Source: Desulfatiglandales bacterium
Lineage (GTDB): Bacteria; Desulfobacterota; DSM-4660; Desulfatiglandales; Desulfatiglandaceae
Direction: 5' to 3'
Assembly: GCA_963662465.1 (NCBI GenBank)
Contig: OY759599.1
Span: 6,048,001-6,112,000, forward strand
Length of the DNA stretch: 64,000 bases
Made by a program: the position numbers and the translations under genes. Positions within the stretch are counted from its first letter, which is position 1; the number at the start of each line of letters is the position of its first letter. Shown here piece after piece: positions 1 to 11,774 of this stretch. The notes under the pieces are model-generated. The model was not told the DNA's origin. It ran no database searches and saw only the letters and a list, made by a program, of their open reading frames with translations.

Positions 1-1151
1 ATGACGATAATGCCGCCGATGAGCATGGATTTGAAGCCCTTCTCTATGGAGTCTTTTCCAAGGGAGGGTCCCACCGTCCGTTCTTCAATGATTTTAACAG
101 GCGCGGGAAGTGCCCCCGCTCGCAATACGATGGCCAGGTCTCTCGCCTCGTCGGTAGTATAACGTCCCGTAATTTGAGCTTTCCCACCGGAAATTTTATC
201 CTGAATAACAGGTGCCGAATTGACTTTTCCGTCCAGTACGATGGCCAGACGTTTCTTGATATTTTGGGCTGTTACCTGCTCGAAAAGCCTTGCCCCCCTG
301 GCATCAAAGGCAATGGAGACATAGGGCTCGTTATATCGGCTGTCGATTTGTACGCGAGCATCCGTCAGGTATTCCCCGGTGAGCGCCGTCCGTTTTTTCA
401 AAAGATAGGGGGTTTTCTGTTCATGGCCGGTTTTGGGATCAACGGAAACCTGGTACAAAATTTCATCCCCCGGGGGAATATTCCCTTTAAGCGCCTCTTG
501 CACACTGTGTTCTTCGTCCACCAGCTTAAATTCCAGGAGGGCGGTTTTACCGATCAGTGCAATAGCCCTTTGAGGGTCTTTGATACCGGGCAGCTGAATC
601 AGAAGTCTGTGGTTTTCCTGAGGACGAATATCCGGTTCACTGACCCCGAATTGGTCAATTCTGTTTCGAATGGTTTCCAGGGCCTGCTCCACCGCCATTT
701 TCATGATATGAATTTTGGCGTCGGGGTTAAGAACCATCTGAAATACGGGTTTTCCATTCTGGTTGGGCATGGATTCCACGGTAAAATCCGAATAACCGGC
801 AGCCACCATGTCCTGGAACACCGTTTCGTCTTTCGACCGCATGAGGGTAATCATGATGCCGTCAAGACCATTGCGTTTCAAGGCAAGGTACCGAACTTTA
901 TCCTTTCGCAGATCCCCTTTCATCTCGTCTACCACCCTTTCAAGGTGGCTTTCAATGGCCTTTGAGGCCTGTACTTCCAGAACAAGATGCATCCCTCCCT
1001 GCAAATCAAGACCCAGGTGAATCTTGTCTTTCGGCAGAATACTCGACCACCATGCAGGAACCTCGCCGGTTATGGACGGCACAAGATAAGCCAATGCCGC
1101 CAAGATTGCAAACAACGCGATTGCGCCACGCCAACTTAAGCTTTTAGACAC
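1..1151 (-). CDS. secD: Protein translocase subunit SecD (3' end outside window)
   Basis: Translated by hand on the minus strand from GTG at 1151: N-terminal TM helix, LGLDLQGG motif, LAIVLRAGALPAPV and ERTVGPSLG motifs. Follows yajC. Absent from the ORF track because it runs off the window. Confidence 0.95.
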   Translation of the reverse strand, partial: MSKSLSWRGAIALFAILAALAYLVPSITGEVPAWWSSILPKDKIHLGLDLQGGMHLVLEVQASKAIESHLERVVDEMKGDLRKDKVRYLALKRNGLDGIMITLMRSKDETVFQDMVAAGYSDFTVESMPNQNGKPVFQMVLNPDAKIHIMKMAVEQALETIRNRIDQFGVSEPDIRPQENHRLLIQLPGIKDPQRAIALIGKTALLEFKLVDEEHSVQEALKGNIPPGDEILYQVSVDPKTGHEQKTPYLLKKRTALTGEYLTDARVQIDSRYNEPYVSIAFDARGARLFEQVTAQNIKKRLAIVLDGKVNSAPVIQDKISGGKAQITGRYTTDEARDLAIVLRAGALPAPVKIIEERTVGPSLGKDSIEKGFKSMLIGGIIV

Positions 1152-1198
1152 TTGCTACTCCCAGATTGGGTTCATGAGGACCATTGGATTGTCTGTCT

Positions 1199-1522
1199 CT
1201 ACTGTTGTCCCTTGGTTGCCACACCGGAAATGGAACCCCTTGCAATTTTGACTCTCACTTTCGGCGCGATTTCCACGGTGACCACGTCATCCGTGAGCCC
1301 GGTGACCACGCCGTGAAGACCACCGCCGGTCACAACCCGATCCCCTTTTTTAATGGCGGCAAGCAGTTGTTTATGTTGTTTGGCCTTTTTCTGTTGCGGC
1401 CTGATCAGCAGAAAATAAAAAATTGCGAACATCAAAATAAGGGGTAAAAAGGCACCGAATCCGCTACCCGCGCCTTCGCCGCCACCGCCCAAATTACCCA
1501 TGGCATGCGCTAAAAAATTCAT
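1199..1522 (-). CDS. yajC: Preprotein translocase subunit YajC
   Basis: FYFLLIRPQQKK and GDRVVTGGGLHG motifs; ATG at 1522 with GAGGAGG RBS; classic tgt-yajC-secD order. Confidence 0.95.
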   Translation of the reverse strand: MNFLAHAMGNLGGGGEGAGSGFGAFLPLILMFAIFYFLLIRPQQKKAKQHKQLLAAIKKGDRVVTGGGLHGVVTGLTDDVVTVEIAPKVRVKIARGSISGVATKGQQ

Positions 1523-1536
1523 TCTTGAACCTCCTC

Positions 1537-2667
<1,131 letters not shown>

Positions 2668-2807
2668 TTAGCTGTTAGCTATTAGCTGTTAGCCGTTAGC
2701 TATTAGCCATTTGGGAAAAAACCACGCCTGATGGGCTTTTTCTTCCGAACAAGTTTTCTTAAATCTCTCATTTCTTATCAGTTTAACAGCTAACAGCTAA
2801 CAGCTAA
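2668..2807. repeat. Intergenic element of inverted heptamer arrays, (TTAGCTG)n ... (CAGCTAA)n
   Basis: TTAGCTG-like array at 2668-2709 and its reverse-complement array at 2783-2807. Related copies at about 40091-40124 and 62240-62352. Confidence 0.8.
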
Positions 2808-3868
2808 ACAATCACCATAGCATCGCCGTAGCTGTAAAATCGGTATTCATGCGCGATGGCCCAGGCATAGGCCTTTTTTATCAAATCGAACCCGGCAAAG
2901 GCCGACACCAGGAAGAGCAGTGAACTCTTAGGCAGATGGAAATTCGTAATGAGCCCATCCACCACATGAAAATCAAATCCGGGCGTGATCAGAAGCCCGC
3001 TTTCTCCATGACCTGCGCGCACCCCTTCTTTCGCGGTCCATGCCGTTTCCAGAGCACGAACCACAGTTGTTCCAACGGCAAAAACTTTCCCCCCCCGCTG
3101 CCTGGTTTCGGTAATTAAACGCACGGTGTCAGGCTCGATAAAATAACGCTCCACTCCCAAACGGTGCCTTCGAATGTCCTCTGTTTCCACGGGCCGAAAT
3201 GTGCCGTAACCCACATGAAGCGTTAAAGGTGCAATGGAAATGCCGCGCGCCTTAAGTGCATCGATGACATTTTGGGTAAAATGGAGCCCGGCTGTAGGCG
3301 CCGCAACCGCGCCGTCCCGCATGGCATAAACCGTTTGGTATCTTTCTTTGTCAAGGGCAGCCAGCGAAACGTCTTTCGATCGCTTTATGTAAGGGGGTAG
3401 AGGAAGATGCCCTTTTTCAGCCAAGAGACCTTGAATGCCTTTTCCATCCTCGGAAAAGGATATCCTCACCATGCCCCGTTCAAGGACCTCTTCTATTTCT
3501 CCTGAAACCCCGTCAAAAAAAAGCAGGCCTCCCCGCTTCGGTCTTCGGGAAGACTTCAGCAGGCACAACCTGGGTCCGCGGTGCTGTTCCTCAACGTCGA
3601 AATGTTCCAGAACAAGAATCTCCACTTTCCCCCCGCTCTCCTTGCGGCCAAAAATCCTCGCGGGAAGCACCCGGGTATTGTTCACCACCAAAAGATCATG
3701 GGGTTGGAGAAGAGACGGCAACTCAAAAAAATGGCGATCTGAAAGTACGCCTGTTGAGCGATTCACCCTGAGCAATTTAGAATGATCCCGTTCCGCAGCC
3801 GGAATCTGAGCGATGCGGTCTTCCGGGAGATGAAAATCATAATGTTCTGTTTTCAGCATTGGAAACAC
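2804..3868 (-). CDS. queA: S-adenosylmethionine:tRNA ribosyltransferase-isomerase
   Basis: PLPPYI, AVAAPTAGLHF, TNFHLPKS and YRFYSYGDAM motifs; adjacent to tgt. Start may be the ATG at 3859. Confidence 0.97.
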   Translation of the reverse strand: MFPMLKTEHYDFHLPEDRIAQIPAAERDHSKLLRVNRSTGVLSDRHFFELPSLLQPHDLLVVNNTRVLPARIFGRKESGGKVEILVLEHFDVEEQHRGPRLCLLKSSRRPKRGGLLFFDGVSGEIEEVLERGMVRISFSEDGKGIQGLLAEKGHLPLPPYIKRSKDVSLAALDKERYQTVYAMRDGAVAAPTAGLHFTQNVIDALKARGISIAPLTLHVGYGTFRPVETEDIRRHRLGVERYFIEPDTVRLITETRQRGGKVFAVGTTVVRALETAWTAKEGVRAGHGESGLLITPGFDFHVVDGLITNFHLPKSSLLFLVSAFAGFDLIKKAYAWAIAHEYRFYSYGDAMVIV

Positions 3869-3949
3869 TTCAAATCGCGTAAGATATACAAATTCAATTT
3901 TTAAGTCAAACGGTTTTATTTCCTAACAACAATCGCCGGGCCGCCAACC

Positions 3950-4031
3950 GGGCAGACACATAGGTCTGCCCCTATCCATCCCACCTTTTGATTCGCAACA
4001 TACTTGTAGGGGCGGACCTGTGTGTCCCCCC
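3950..4031. repeat. Pair of GTAG-type REP elements
   Basis: GGGCAGACACATAGGTCTGCCCCTA and GTAGGGGCGGACCTGTGTGTCCCCCC: imperfect palindromes with a GTAG foot, inverted relative to each other. Confidence 0.75.
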
Positions 4032-4161
4032 TGCTTACACATATTGCTTGATATCTGAAAAAGGATCAGTTAGTTATGATCCGATAACAAATTTCCCATG
4101 ATGGGAATTCAAAAAAAGGAAGTCAGAAAGATTTTAACGAGCGCCAAAAGGAACTTGTAAA

Positions 4162-5838
4162 ATGAAATTTGCAATTGATGTGATATTAAAAAAAACCCTT
4201 TCCTGCTGTTTTGAGCAGGATAAACTCAAGGAAACTGTTTTTCCGAATTATGTCATCGAAGTGCCCAAAAATTCCGAACATGGCCATTTTGCCACCAATT
4301 TACCCATGACACTTGCCGCAAGTCAAAAAAGAAACCCTCGGGAAATTGCATCAATTATTTTAGACAATCTAAAGGATGAGGAAGATTTTTTTGAAAAGGC
4401 CGAAATCGCGGGACCTGGATTTATCAATTTTACGATTCGAGCAAAAGAATGGCGCCGTATTCTCAATCAAATTCTTCAGGCTGATGAGGATTACGGTCGG
4501 AGCGAGATGGGGCGCAGTGAAAAAATTCTGGTGGAATTCGTCAGCGCCAACCCAACGGGGCCGCTTCATCTCGGTCATGGCCGGGGCGCCGCTTTGGGTG
4601 ATACCCTCTGCAGGATACTTTCCTTTTGCGGGCATCAAGTCGTTCGAGAATTTTATATCAATGATGCCGGGTTGCAGATCAAAATGCTGGGGGAGTCCAT
4701 TTGGGCCCGCTTTAAACAGATGGATGACCCGGGCTTCGCTTTTCCTGAAAATGGCTATCATGGCGACTACATCCTGGATTTGGCCGAGACCATTTCAAAG
4801 GAAACGGATTTAACCCTTCTGAGCCATGAGGATGCTATAGACCACTGTTCCGAATCCGGAAAGGCCATCATGCTGAAGGATATTCAGCAGGTATTGACCC
4901 GTTTCAGGGTGGACTTTGATGTTTGGTCGTGCGAGAGCGATCTTTATGCCTCGGGTTTGCTTGACAAAACATTGGAAGCCGTACGGGACAGGGGGCATCT
5001 GTATGAGCAGGACGGCGCGGAGTGGATCAGAACCTCGGAATTCGGGGATGACAAGGACCGGGTGATTCGAAAGGGGGACGGACAGTTTACCTATTTTGCG
5101 TCGGATATTGCGTATCACCTGCAAAAACACCAGAGGGGGTTTACAAAGGCCATCAACATATGGGGCGCTGATCACCATGGGTACGTTCCTCGCGTAAAAG
5201 CGGCGCTTTTGAGTCACGGCATACCTTCAGAGTGGCTTTCCGTTCCCTTGATCCAACTGGTAAAGTTGTGGCAGGATGGACAGGAAGTTCGGATGAGCAA
5301 GCGGGCCGGGAATTTTGTAACACTCCAGGAACTGTTGGATGAAGTGGGGATTGATGCGGCACGTTTTGTATTCCTTACCAAGAGCCACGATTCGCCGCTT
5401 GATGTGGATATGGATCTTGTAAAAAAACAGGATAGCGAAAATCCCGTCTATTATGTTCAATATGCGCATGCCCGGATATGCAGTATTATTCGAAAGGCTG
5501 AATTGGATGGGATTGTCGTGCCGGATCGCCATGATGGGCTTTCAGAATGCCTGGCGCTGGAAGAGGAAATGGCCCTCATCAGGACCCTGTCGGAATTCCC
5601 ATCGCTTCTGGAGGATATCTCCAAAACCTTAGAAGCACACCGGTTAACCTATTACCTGACGCACTTGGCGGCATCCTTCCATCGATACTTCAATATGGGA
5701 TCAAAAAAAGCGGCGCTTCGGGTGATCACTGAAGATAAAAACCTGACCCAGGCCAGGTTGGTCCTGATTTCGGGCGTGAAGATCGTCATTGCAAACGGAT
5801 TGAACCTGCTGGGTGTCAGCGCACCCGAAAAAATGTAA
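4162..5838 (+). CDS. argS: Arginine--tRNA ligase
   Basis: VEFVSANPTGPLHLGHGR (HIGH motif), MSKRAG and NPVYYVQYAHAR motifs. Confidence 0.97.
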   Translation: MKFAIDVILKKTLSCCFEQDKLKETVFPNYVIEVPKNSEHGHFATNLPMTLAASQKRNPREIASIILDNLKDEEDFFEKAEIAGPGFINFTIRAKEWRRILNQILQADEDYGRSEMGRSEKILVEFVSANPTGPLHLGHGRGAALGDTLCRILSFCGHQVVREFYINDAGLQIKMLGESIWARFKQMDDPGFAFPENGYHGDYILDLAETISKETDLTLLSHEDAIDHCSESGKAIMLKDIQQVLTRFRVDFDVWSCESDLYASGLLDKTLEAVRDRGHLYEQDGAEWIRTSEFGDDKDRVIRKGDGQFTYFASDIAYHLQKHQRGFTKAINIWGADHHGYVPRVKAALLSHGIPSEWLSVPLIQLVKLWQDGQEVRMSKRAGNFVTLQELLDEVGIDAARFVFLTKSHDSPLDVDMDLVKKQDSENPVYYVQYAHARICSIIRKAELDGIVVPDRHDGLSECLALEEEMALIRTLSEFPSLLEDISKTLEAHRLTYYLTHLAASFHRYFNMGSKKAALRVITEDKNLTQARLVLISGVKIVIANGLNLLGVSAPEKM

Positions 5839-5848
5839 GAAAAACGGC

Positions 5849-6496
5849 ATGCCGGAAAAAGAAGAAAAGGCTGAAAAAGGGAAAAAGGGTCTTCGCCTGG
5901 CGCTTTCTCGTACGGAGCTTTTTTTTTGGAGCCTGGGTCTTTTAGTCCTTTTGGGCTGGATCTTTACCCTGGGCGTTCTGGCGGGCAGGGGCCTTTTGCC
6001 CAGTGGCGCAAGGACTTTGGCTGAACTCAAAAACCAGATTGTTAAGCTCCAGGAGATGGTGGGTAAAAAAGATGCTTCGGAATTGGACCGAATTAAGGGA
6101 GTGCAAATAAACCCGGAATTTGGATTTTATGATGAACTTTCTTCAAAAAAAATGCCTGTGGTGCAAAGCCCGCGCGAACCGCCCCCTAAACGATCCATTA
6201 TTGAAAAGACGGAACAACCGAAAGTGGAACAATCGAAACCGGCATTGTCTGTTTCAGAACGATACGTGGTTCAGGTGGCTTCCCTGGATCGAGAAAAACC
6301 GGCATTGGGAATGGTCAATCAACTGGTAACGCGAGGATATTCTGCTTACCATTACAAAGTTTTCGTCAAAGGGCGGTGCTATTACCGCGTACGATGCGGC
6401 CCATTTAAAACCAGGGCGGAAGCTTTGAGTGTCCAGAAAAAACTGGCGAATAAGGAACATCTGAAAGGTTACGTTCAAAAGGTTGATGGGCAATAA
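5849..6496 (+). CDS. SPOR-domain membrane protein
   Basis: N-terminal TM helix and C-terminal YVVQVAS...YYRVRCGPF SPOR signature; typical position after argS. Confidence 0.85.
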   Translation: MPEKEEKAEKGKKGLRLALSRTELFFWSLGLLVLLGWIFTLGVLAGRGLLPSGARTLAELKNQIVKLQEMVGKKDASELDRIKGVQINPEFGFYDELSSKKMPVVQSPREPPPKRSIIEKTEQPKVEQSKPALSVSERYVVQVASLDREKPALGMVNQLVTRGYSAYHYKVFVKGRCYYRVRCGPFKTRAEALSVQKKLANKEHLKGYVQKVDGQ

Positions 6497-6538
6497 GGAA
6501 CAATCGTTAAGCGAAAAACTGACAAAAAGGAATAGACT

Positions 6539-7021
6539 GTGGTATACGACGAATATGAATATCCGCTTGTGAGAAAAGCGGTCATTGAGGATATTGAATC
6601 GATTCACGGAATTTTAAACGCCTTTGCTGCGAAGGGTCGCTTGTTGCCCAGGTCTCTCAGCGAGCTTTATGAACATTTACGCGCCTATTTTGTCTTGGAA
6701 GCGGCGCCGGGAGCGCACGTGCAGGGGGTCTGTGGTCTAGGGATATGCTGGAAGGACCTGGCGGAAATCAAATCGCTGGCGGTTGTTGAGGCATTGCAGG
6801 GACGGGGACTGGGACGAAAACTCGTGGATGCATGCTTGAGTGAGGCTTCCGCACTCGGGCTTGACAAGGTCTTTACGTTGACCTATGTCCCCGAATTTTT
6901 CGTTAAAAGGGGGTTTTGCGAGGTCGACAAATCGTGTCTTCCCCACAAGATATGGGCTGACTGCTTGAAATGCCCCAAGTTTCCCAATTGCGATGAAACC
7001 GCCCTGATGCTTCAACTTTGA
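6539..7021 (+). CDS. GNAT N-acetyltransferase (short ArgA-like)
   Basis: LLPRSLSELYE, LAEIKSLAV, QGRGLG acetyl-CoA loop and KIWADCLKCPKFPNCDE. Confidence 0.85.
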   Translation: MVYDEYEYPLVRKAVIEDIESIHGILNAFAAKGRLLPRSLSELYEHLRAYFVLEAAPGAHVQGVCGLGICWKDLAEIKSLAVVEALQGRGLGRKLVDACLSEASALGLDKVFTLTYVPEFFVKRGFCEVDKSCLPHKIWADCLKCPKFPNCDETALMLQL

Positions 7022-7037
7022 AAGTGTGGAGGGAAAA

Positions 7038-7418
7038 ATGTTTGGCATTGGCATGCCGGAATTAATTATCATTTTGGTCATCGCCCTAATCGTTATCGGA
7101 CCCAAAAAGCTTCCCGATCTGGCCAAGGCCCTGGGAAAAGGACTGTCCGAATTCAAAAAGGCGACCTCGGAAATCAAGGACGGGTTGAACCTGGACGAGG
7201 AACTGAAAGAGACCCGGGAAGGCTTGGTAGATGCCGTCAGCGGCCTGGATAACCCCGTAACTTCAAAAAAACCGGATTCCTCAAATGGCAAAGCCTCAAA
7301 ATTCGAAGACTTTGATGAAATGCTGGACGATTACCATAAGGAAAGCGTACCGCCTTTAAAGGACGTGAAAGAGAAAACCCCGCCGGAGATTCCGATGGAG
7401 AAAGACCGAAATGGATAG
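7038..7418 (+). CDS. tatB: Twin-arginine translocase TatA/TatB-family subunit
   Basis: MFGIGMPEL...GPKKLPDLA; overlaps tatC. TatB rather than TatA is inferred from length and position. Confidence 0.8.
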   Translation: MFGIGMPELIIILVIALIVIGPKKLPDLAKALGKGLSEFKKATSEIKDGLNLDEELKETREGLVDAVSGLDNPVTSKKPDSSNGKASKFEDFDEMLDDYHKESVPPLKDVKEKTPPEIPMEKDRNG

Positions 7419-8172
7419 CGAAGAAAAACAACCCTTTCTAAGCCATTTGGAGGAACTCCGCAAGCGTCTCATCATATCCGCTATCGCGGTTGGAATCGGT
7501 TTTGCAGCTTCATACGCCTTTGCTGAAAGGCTTTTTGGTTTACTGGTGGCACCGCTGCAAGCAGTTATGCCGGAGGGAGGGCATCTGATCTTCACCAATC
7601 TCCCCGAGATGTTTTTCACCTACTTAAAAGTATCGTTTTTGGCGGGCATATTGTTGGTGGCCCCGTTCATTTTCTACCAGATATGGATGTTTATCGCTCC
7701 GGGTCTTTACAAAAAGGAAAAGAAATATGTGATCCCTTTTGTTGTGGCTTCCACCATCCTTTTTGTGGGAGGGTCCCTTTTTGGCTATTTTATTGTTTTC
7801 CCATTTGGTTTCAAGTTTTTTGTCGGATTTTCAAACCAATATGTAGAGGCTTTGCCCTCGGTAAAACAGTATTTTTCCTTTGCCATAAAACTTCTATTTG
7901 CCTTTGGGGTGGTTTTTGAACTTCCGGTCGTTATTTTTTTCCTGGCAAAAATGGGCGTGGTGACGCCCCAGTTGCTCAGGAAAAAGCGTAAATACGCGAT
8001 TTTGATGACGTTCGTTGTGGCTGCGATCCTCACCCCCCCTGACGTCATCACCCAGTGCATGATGGCGGGACCCCTGATCATCCTCTATGAAATAGGCATT
8101 CTGGTGGCACAAGTCGCCTGGAAGAAAAAAGAGGACAAGAAAAAAGAAGCGGAGGACGAAGTCAATGAATAG
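7411..8172 (+). CDS. tatC: Twin-arginine translocase subunit TatC
   Basis: HLEELRKRL, FIAPGLY, FELP and LTPPD motifs; multiple TM segments. Confidence 0.97.
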   Translation: MDSEEKQPFLSHLEELRKRLIISAIAVGIGFAASYAFAERLFGLLVAPLQAVMPEGGHLIFTNLPEMFFTYLKVSFLAGILLVAPFIFYQIWMFIAPGLYKKEKKYVIPFVVASTILFVGGSLFGYFIVFPFGFKFFVGFSNQYVEALPSVKQYFSFAIKLLFAFGVVFELPVVIFFLAKMGVVTPQLLRKKRKYAILMTFVVAAILTPPDVITQCMMAGPLIILYEIGILVAQVAWKKKEDKKKEAEDEVNE

Positions 8173-9856
8173 ATACCGCCCTGTTTCCGGAAATGGTCAG
8201 GAGTAGTGGCGTTTTTAGGGCTTCCCCTTCGGTATCGAAGCTGAAAGGGCCCGTTACGCCATCAAAAACCGGCAGGTCAACCAGCGCTTGTCGCAAATTG
8301 TTCCGGGTTTGAAGGTTGCTTTGGGTAAGGATTGTTTTTAACAAATGGATGGTGTCGTACCCACTGGCTGCCAGGATGCTCGGTATTACACCAAAGTTAT
8401 TCCTGTAATCATTTACAAAGGCCATGACCTTTGGGTCTTCGGAGTTTGCTGCAAAGCCTGAAGAAAAAACAGCGCCCTGGAGATAGTGGGCCAAATCCAA
8501 CAATTGGGGAGACTGCCAAGGCCTGGTGCCGATCAACCGAACACCCAGAACATCATGAAATGCCAGTTGCGGTGCAATCATGGCGACCCGCGGGTAGATG
8601 TCGGGAATGAAAACCGCATCAAAGTCGATCAGGGGGGGGGCTTCTTCGCCTTCGGTGGTTTTTCCTTTATGGTAAAGTCCCACCATCTTTTTGATTTGAT
8701 CCGCAAAGTCTGTTGTATCCGTGGGATAAGATTCGACTGCCGTGACGCTGCCGCCCATTTCATCCAGTTTATCCCAAAAGAGGTTCATGCAAAATCGTCC
8801 ATAGGCGTTGTCCGGGTATAAAATACCGAACCGCTCCAATCCCCATTGGCCCATGGCCACCTGAAGGAGTGCATTGATTTCCTGTGTTGGGGTGAGGAAA
8901 TTTCGAAATACCATATTCCCCACCTTCACAATATCCCGCTGTTGCGTGAGGGCGATCATTGGAATACCCAGTTCCTGTGCTTTTGCTGCAATGGAAACGG
9001 CTGTTTTGCTGGAAAGAGGGCCGATGACGCCCACGACTTTCTGTTTGTTAACCAATACTTCAAGCGCATCCATCGCTTTTTCCGGACTTCCCCCCGTATC
9101 CTTTATAATTACCTCAATTTTCGTCCCATCAAGGGGAACATTCAGCATTCCCAGTGTTATTCCATTGAGGACTTCTTGACCAAAGACGGCAAAGGGGCCG
9201 CTTAAGGGGAGCAAACAGCCGATGCGGTTTGCGTTGATGGACATCTCTTTTGCTATCTGTGCCGGGATTTCCAGCTTTTCATCCAGTTGCGCTTCCTTTT
9301 CAGGGTCATCTTTCCACGCTTTTTTGGCTTCAATCCACCAGAAAAAAGCCTCCTCCGTTTCTCCCAATGCACAGAAATCATCCCCCAGCAGAACAAGAAT
9401 ATCCTTTTTCAGAAAGTGCTGTTGATACCGGCCAAGCCACCGAAAGGCTTCGTCGGCGGAAGCCTCATATTTCCCCAGCTGATTGAGAATAAGCGAAATT
9501 TGATATCGTATTTCAGGCATCCAGGTATAATTGGGATAGGTCTTTGAAAGCCTTTCGAGGAAACTGAGGGCCTTTTCCGGCTGTTTTAGCTTCAAATGGA
9601 TTTTCGCCATGCGTTGAAGGGCCAGGGGCATTCGGTTGTCCCCGGGGGCGCGTTTTAAAAAAATATGGTAGCTCGCCAACGCTTTTTGAAAATCGCCGCT
9701 TCGCTGGTATTTTTCAGCTATGGCAAAGGGATCCGAACGACTTTCCGGCGCCGTGGGGGGTGCGGGTTTTTTGGGTTGGCAGGCAAATAAAAAAAGGACC
9801 ATCCCTGCCAGTAAAACAGAAACAGCCCTTTTAATTGGAATGGAGCAAACAATCAC
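8162..9856 (-). CDS. LpoA-like lipoprotein (TPR repeats plus periplasmic binding protein fold)
   Basis: Lipobox-like LFAC, TPR-like helices, IGCLLPLSG and FDAVFIPD type-1 periplasmic binding domain. Exact start uncertain. Confidence 0.8.
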   Translation of the reverse strand: MIVCSIPIKRAVSVLLAGMVLFLFACQPKKPAPPTAPESRSDPFAIAEKYQRSGDFQKALASYHIFLKRAPGDNRMPLALQRMAKIHLKLKQPEKALSFLERLSKTYPNYTWMPEIRYQISLILNQLGKYEASADEAFRWLGRYQQHFLKKDILVLLGDDFCALGETEEAFFWWIEAKKAWKDDPEKEAQLDEKLEIPAQIAKEMSINANRIGCLLPLSGPFAVFGQEVLNGITLGMLNVPLDGTKIEVIIKDTGGSPEKAMDALEVLVNKQKVVGVIGPLSSKTAVSIAAKAQELGIPMIALTQQRDIVKVGNMVFRNFLTPTQEINALLQVAMGQWGLERFGILYPDNAYGRFCMNLFWDKLDEMGGSVTAVESYPTDTTDFADQIKKMVGLYHKGKTTEGEEAPPLIDFDAVFIPDIYPRVAMIAPQLAFHDVLGVRLIGTRPWQSPQLLDLAHYLQGAVFSSGFAANSEDPKVMAFVNDYRNNFGVIPSILAASGYDTIHLLKTILTQSNLQTRNNLRQALVDLPVFDGVTGPFSFDTEGEALKTPLLLTISGNRAVSIH

Positions 9857-11763
9857 TTCTTCACTTCCTCAAAATCAGCATCCACCACATCATCATCCTT
9901 GGCGGCGCCTGCATCGGAATCCGGTCCCGGACCCGGCTGCCCCTGCGCTTGTTCCTGGTTCGCGTTGGCATAAATGGCTTCCGCCAGTTTGTGGGAGGCG
10001 TTGGTCAATTCTTCAGTGAGTTTTTTGATTTCTTCCGTATTTTCCCCTTCCAGGGATTTTTTCAGTTTTTCGATGGCTTGATCAATATTTGACTTAATGG
10101 CGTTATCCAGTTTGTCGCCGACTTCCTTGACTGATTTTTCGGTGCTATAGATCAGGGAATCAGCCATATTTCGTGCATCAATGAGTTCACGTTTTTTCTT
10201 ATCTTCTTCCGCGTGCAGTTCGGCGTCTTTTACGAGGTTTTTGATCTCTTCTTCGCTCAAGCCGCTGGACGCGGTAATTTTGATGGATTGTTCTTTACCC
10301 GTTCCGAGATCCTTTGCGGAAACACTAACGATGCCGTTGGCATCGATATCAAAGGTTACCTCAATCTGGGGAACGCCTCTGGGAGCGGGAGGGATTCCCA
10401 CCAGTTGAAAACGTCCCAGGGTTTTGTTATAGCCGGCCATTTCCCGCTCTCCCTGAAGGACATGAATTTCAACCGCAGGCTGGCTGTCGGCCGCCGTGGA
10501 AAACGTCTGACTCTTTTTGGTGGGAATCGTTGTGTTTTTTTCGATCAGCTTGGTGAATACGCCGCCAAGGGTTTCGATTCCCAGGGACAGCGGCGTGACG
10601 TCGAGAAGAAGAACGTCTTTGACTTCCCCCTTCAACACCCCGCCTTGAATGGCTGCACCTACCGCCACTACCTCATCGGGGTTGACGCCCTTGTTGGGTT
10701 CCCTGCCGAAAATTTCGGCTACCTTTGCCTGAACCTTGGGCATTCGGGTCATGCCGCCCACCAGGATAACGTCATCAATTTCGCTGGCGGAAAGTCCGGC
10801 ATCTTTCATAGCCATCTGACAAGGCGCCACTACTTTCTGAACGAGATCGTCCACCAACCCTTCCAGTTTGGCACGGGTCAGTTTGATGTTCAGGTGTTTA
10901 GGACCGCCGGCATCCGCGGTAATGAAGGGAAGGTTGACATCGGTTTCCATGGAGCCGGAGAGTTCCGTTTTGGCTTTTTCAGCGCCTTCTTTCAATCTCT
11001 GAAGGGCCATTTTGTCACTCCGCAGATCAATGCCCTGATCCTTTCTAAATTCATCGGCCAAGTAATCAATAATCCTCAAATCAAAATCTTCACCCCCCAG
11101 ATGGGTGTCGCCATTGGTGGATTTGACTTCGAAAACCCCTTCCCCGATTTCCAGAACAGAGATGTCAAAGGTACCGCCGCCCAGATCAAAAACCGCAATC
11201 TTTCGATCGCCCTTTTTATCCACGCCAAAGGCTAGAGAGGCTGCTGTGGGCTCATTGATGATTCTCTCAACATTCAGACCCGCAATGCGTCCGGCGTCTT
11301 TTGTGGCCTGCCGCTGGCTGTCATTAAAATAGGCGGGAACCGTAATGACCGCGTCCGTGACGGTTTCTCCCAGATAACTTTCAGCGGTCTCTTTCATTTT
11401 TTTAAGGATAATGGCGGATATTTCAGCGGGGCTGTAATCTTTTCCCCTGATGTTCACATGGGCGTCACCGTTGGGCGCCTTACTGATGTTGTAAGGGAGA
11501 ACTTTGATGTCCCTGCTGACCTCCGGTGAGTCAAATTTTCTACCAATCAGCCGTTTAACCGCAAAAACCGTGTTTTCCGGGTTGGTTACGGCCTGCCGTT
11601 TGGCGGTCTGCCCAACCAGTCGTTCTCCGCCTTCCGTAAAGCCCACAATAGAAGGCGTTGTCCGGCTTCCTTCAGCATTGGCGATCACAACGGGATCTCC
11701 GCCTTCCATCACGGCTACGCACGAGTTGGTTGTCCCGAGATCAATTCCTATCGTTTTTCCCAT
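9853..11763 (-). CDS. dnaK: Chaperone DnaK
   Basis: [17 protein letters not shown] and [15 protein letters not shown] motifs. Confidence 0.99.
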   Translation of the reverse strand: MGKTIGIDLGTTNSCVAVMEGGDPVVIANAEGSRTTPSIVGFTEGGERLVGQTAKRQAVTNPENTVFAVKRLIGRKFDSPEVSRDIKVLPYNISKAPNGDAHVNIRGKDYSPAEISAIILKKMKETAESYLGETVTDAVITVPAYFNDSQRQATKDAGRIAGLNVERIINEPTAASLAFGVDKKGDRKIAVFDLGGGTFDISVLEIGEGVFEVKSTNGDTHLGGEDFDLRIIDYLADEFRKDQGIDLRSDKMALQRLKEGAEKAKTELSGSMETDVNLPFITADAGGPKHLNIKLTRAKLEGLVDDLVQKVVAPCQMAMKDAGLSASEIDDVILVGGMTRMPKVQAKVAEIFGREPNKGVNPDEVVAVGAAIQGGVLKGEVKDVLLLDVTPLSLGIETLGGVFTKLIEKNTTIPTKKSQTFSTAADSQPAVEIHVLQGEREMAGYNKTLGRFQLVGIPPAPRGVPQIEVTFDIDANGIVSVSAKDLGTGKEQSIKITASSGLSEEEIKNLVKDAELHAEEDKKKRELIDARNMADSLIYSTEKSVKEVGDKLDNAIKSNIDQAIEKLKKSLEGENTEEIKKLTEELTNASHKLAEAIYANANQEQAQGQPGPGPDSDAGAAKDDDVVDADFEEVKK

Positions 11764-11774
11764 TTACCTGCCTC

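Noticed and set aside
174..965. 263-aa plus-strand ORF, and similar long antisense ORFs at 10213, 37011, 38220 and 54950
   Set aside because: Antisense to well-supported genes (secD, dnaK, PFOR, rlmD) with no recognisable motifs.
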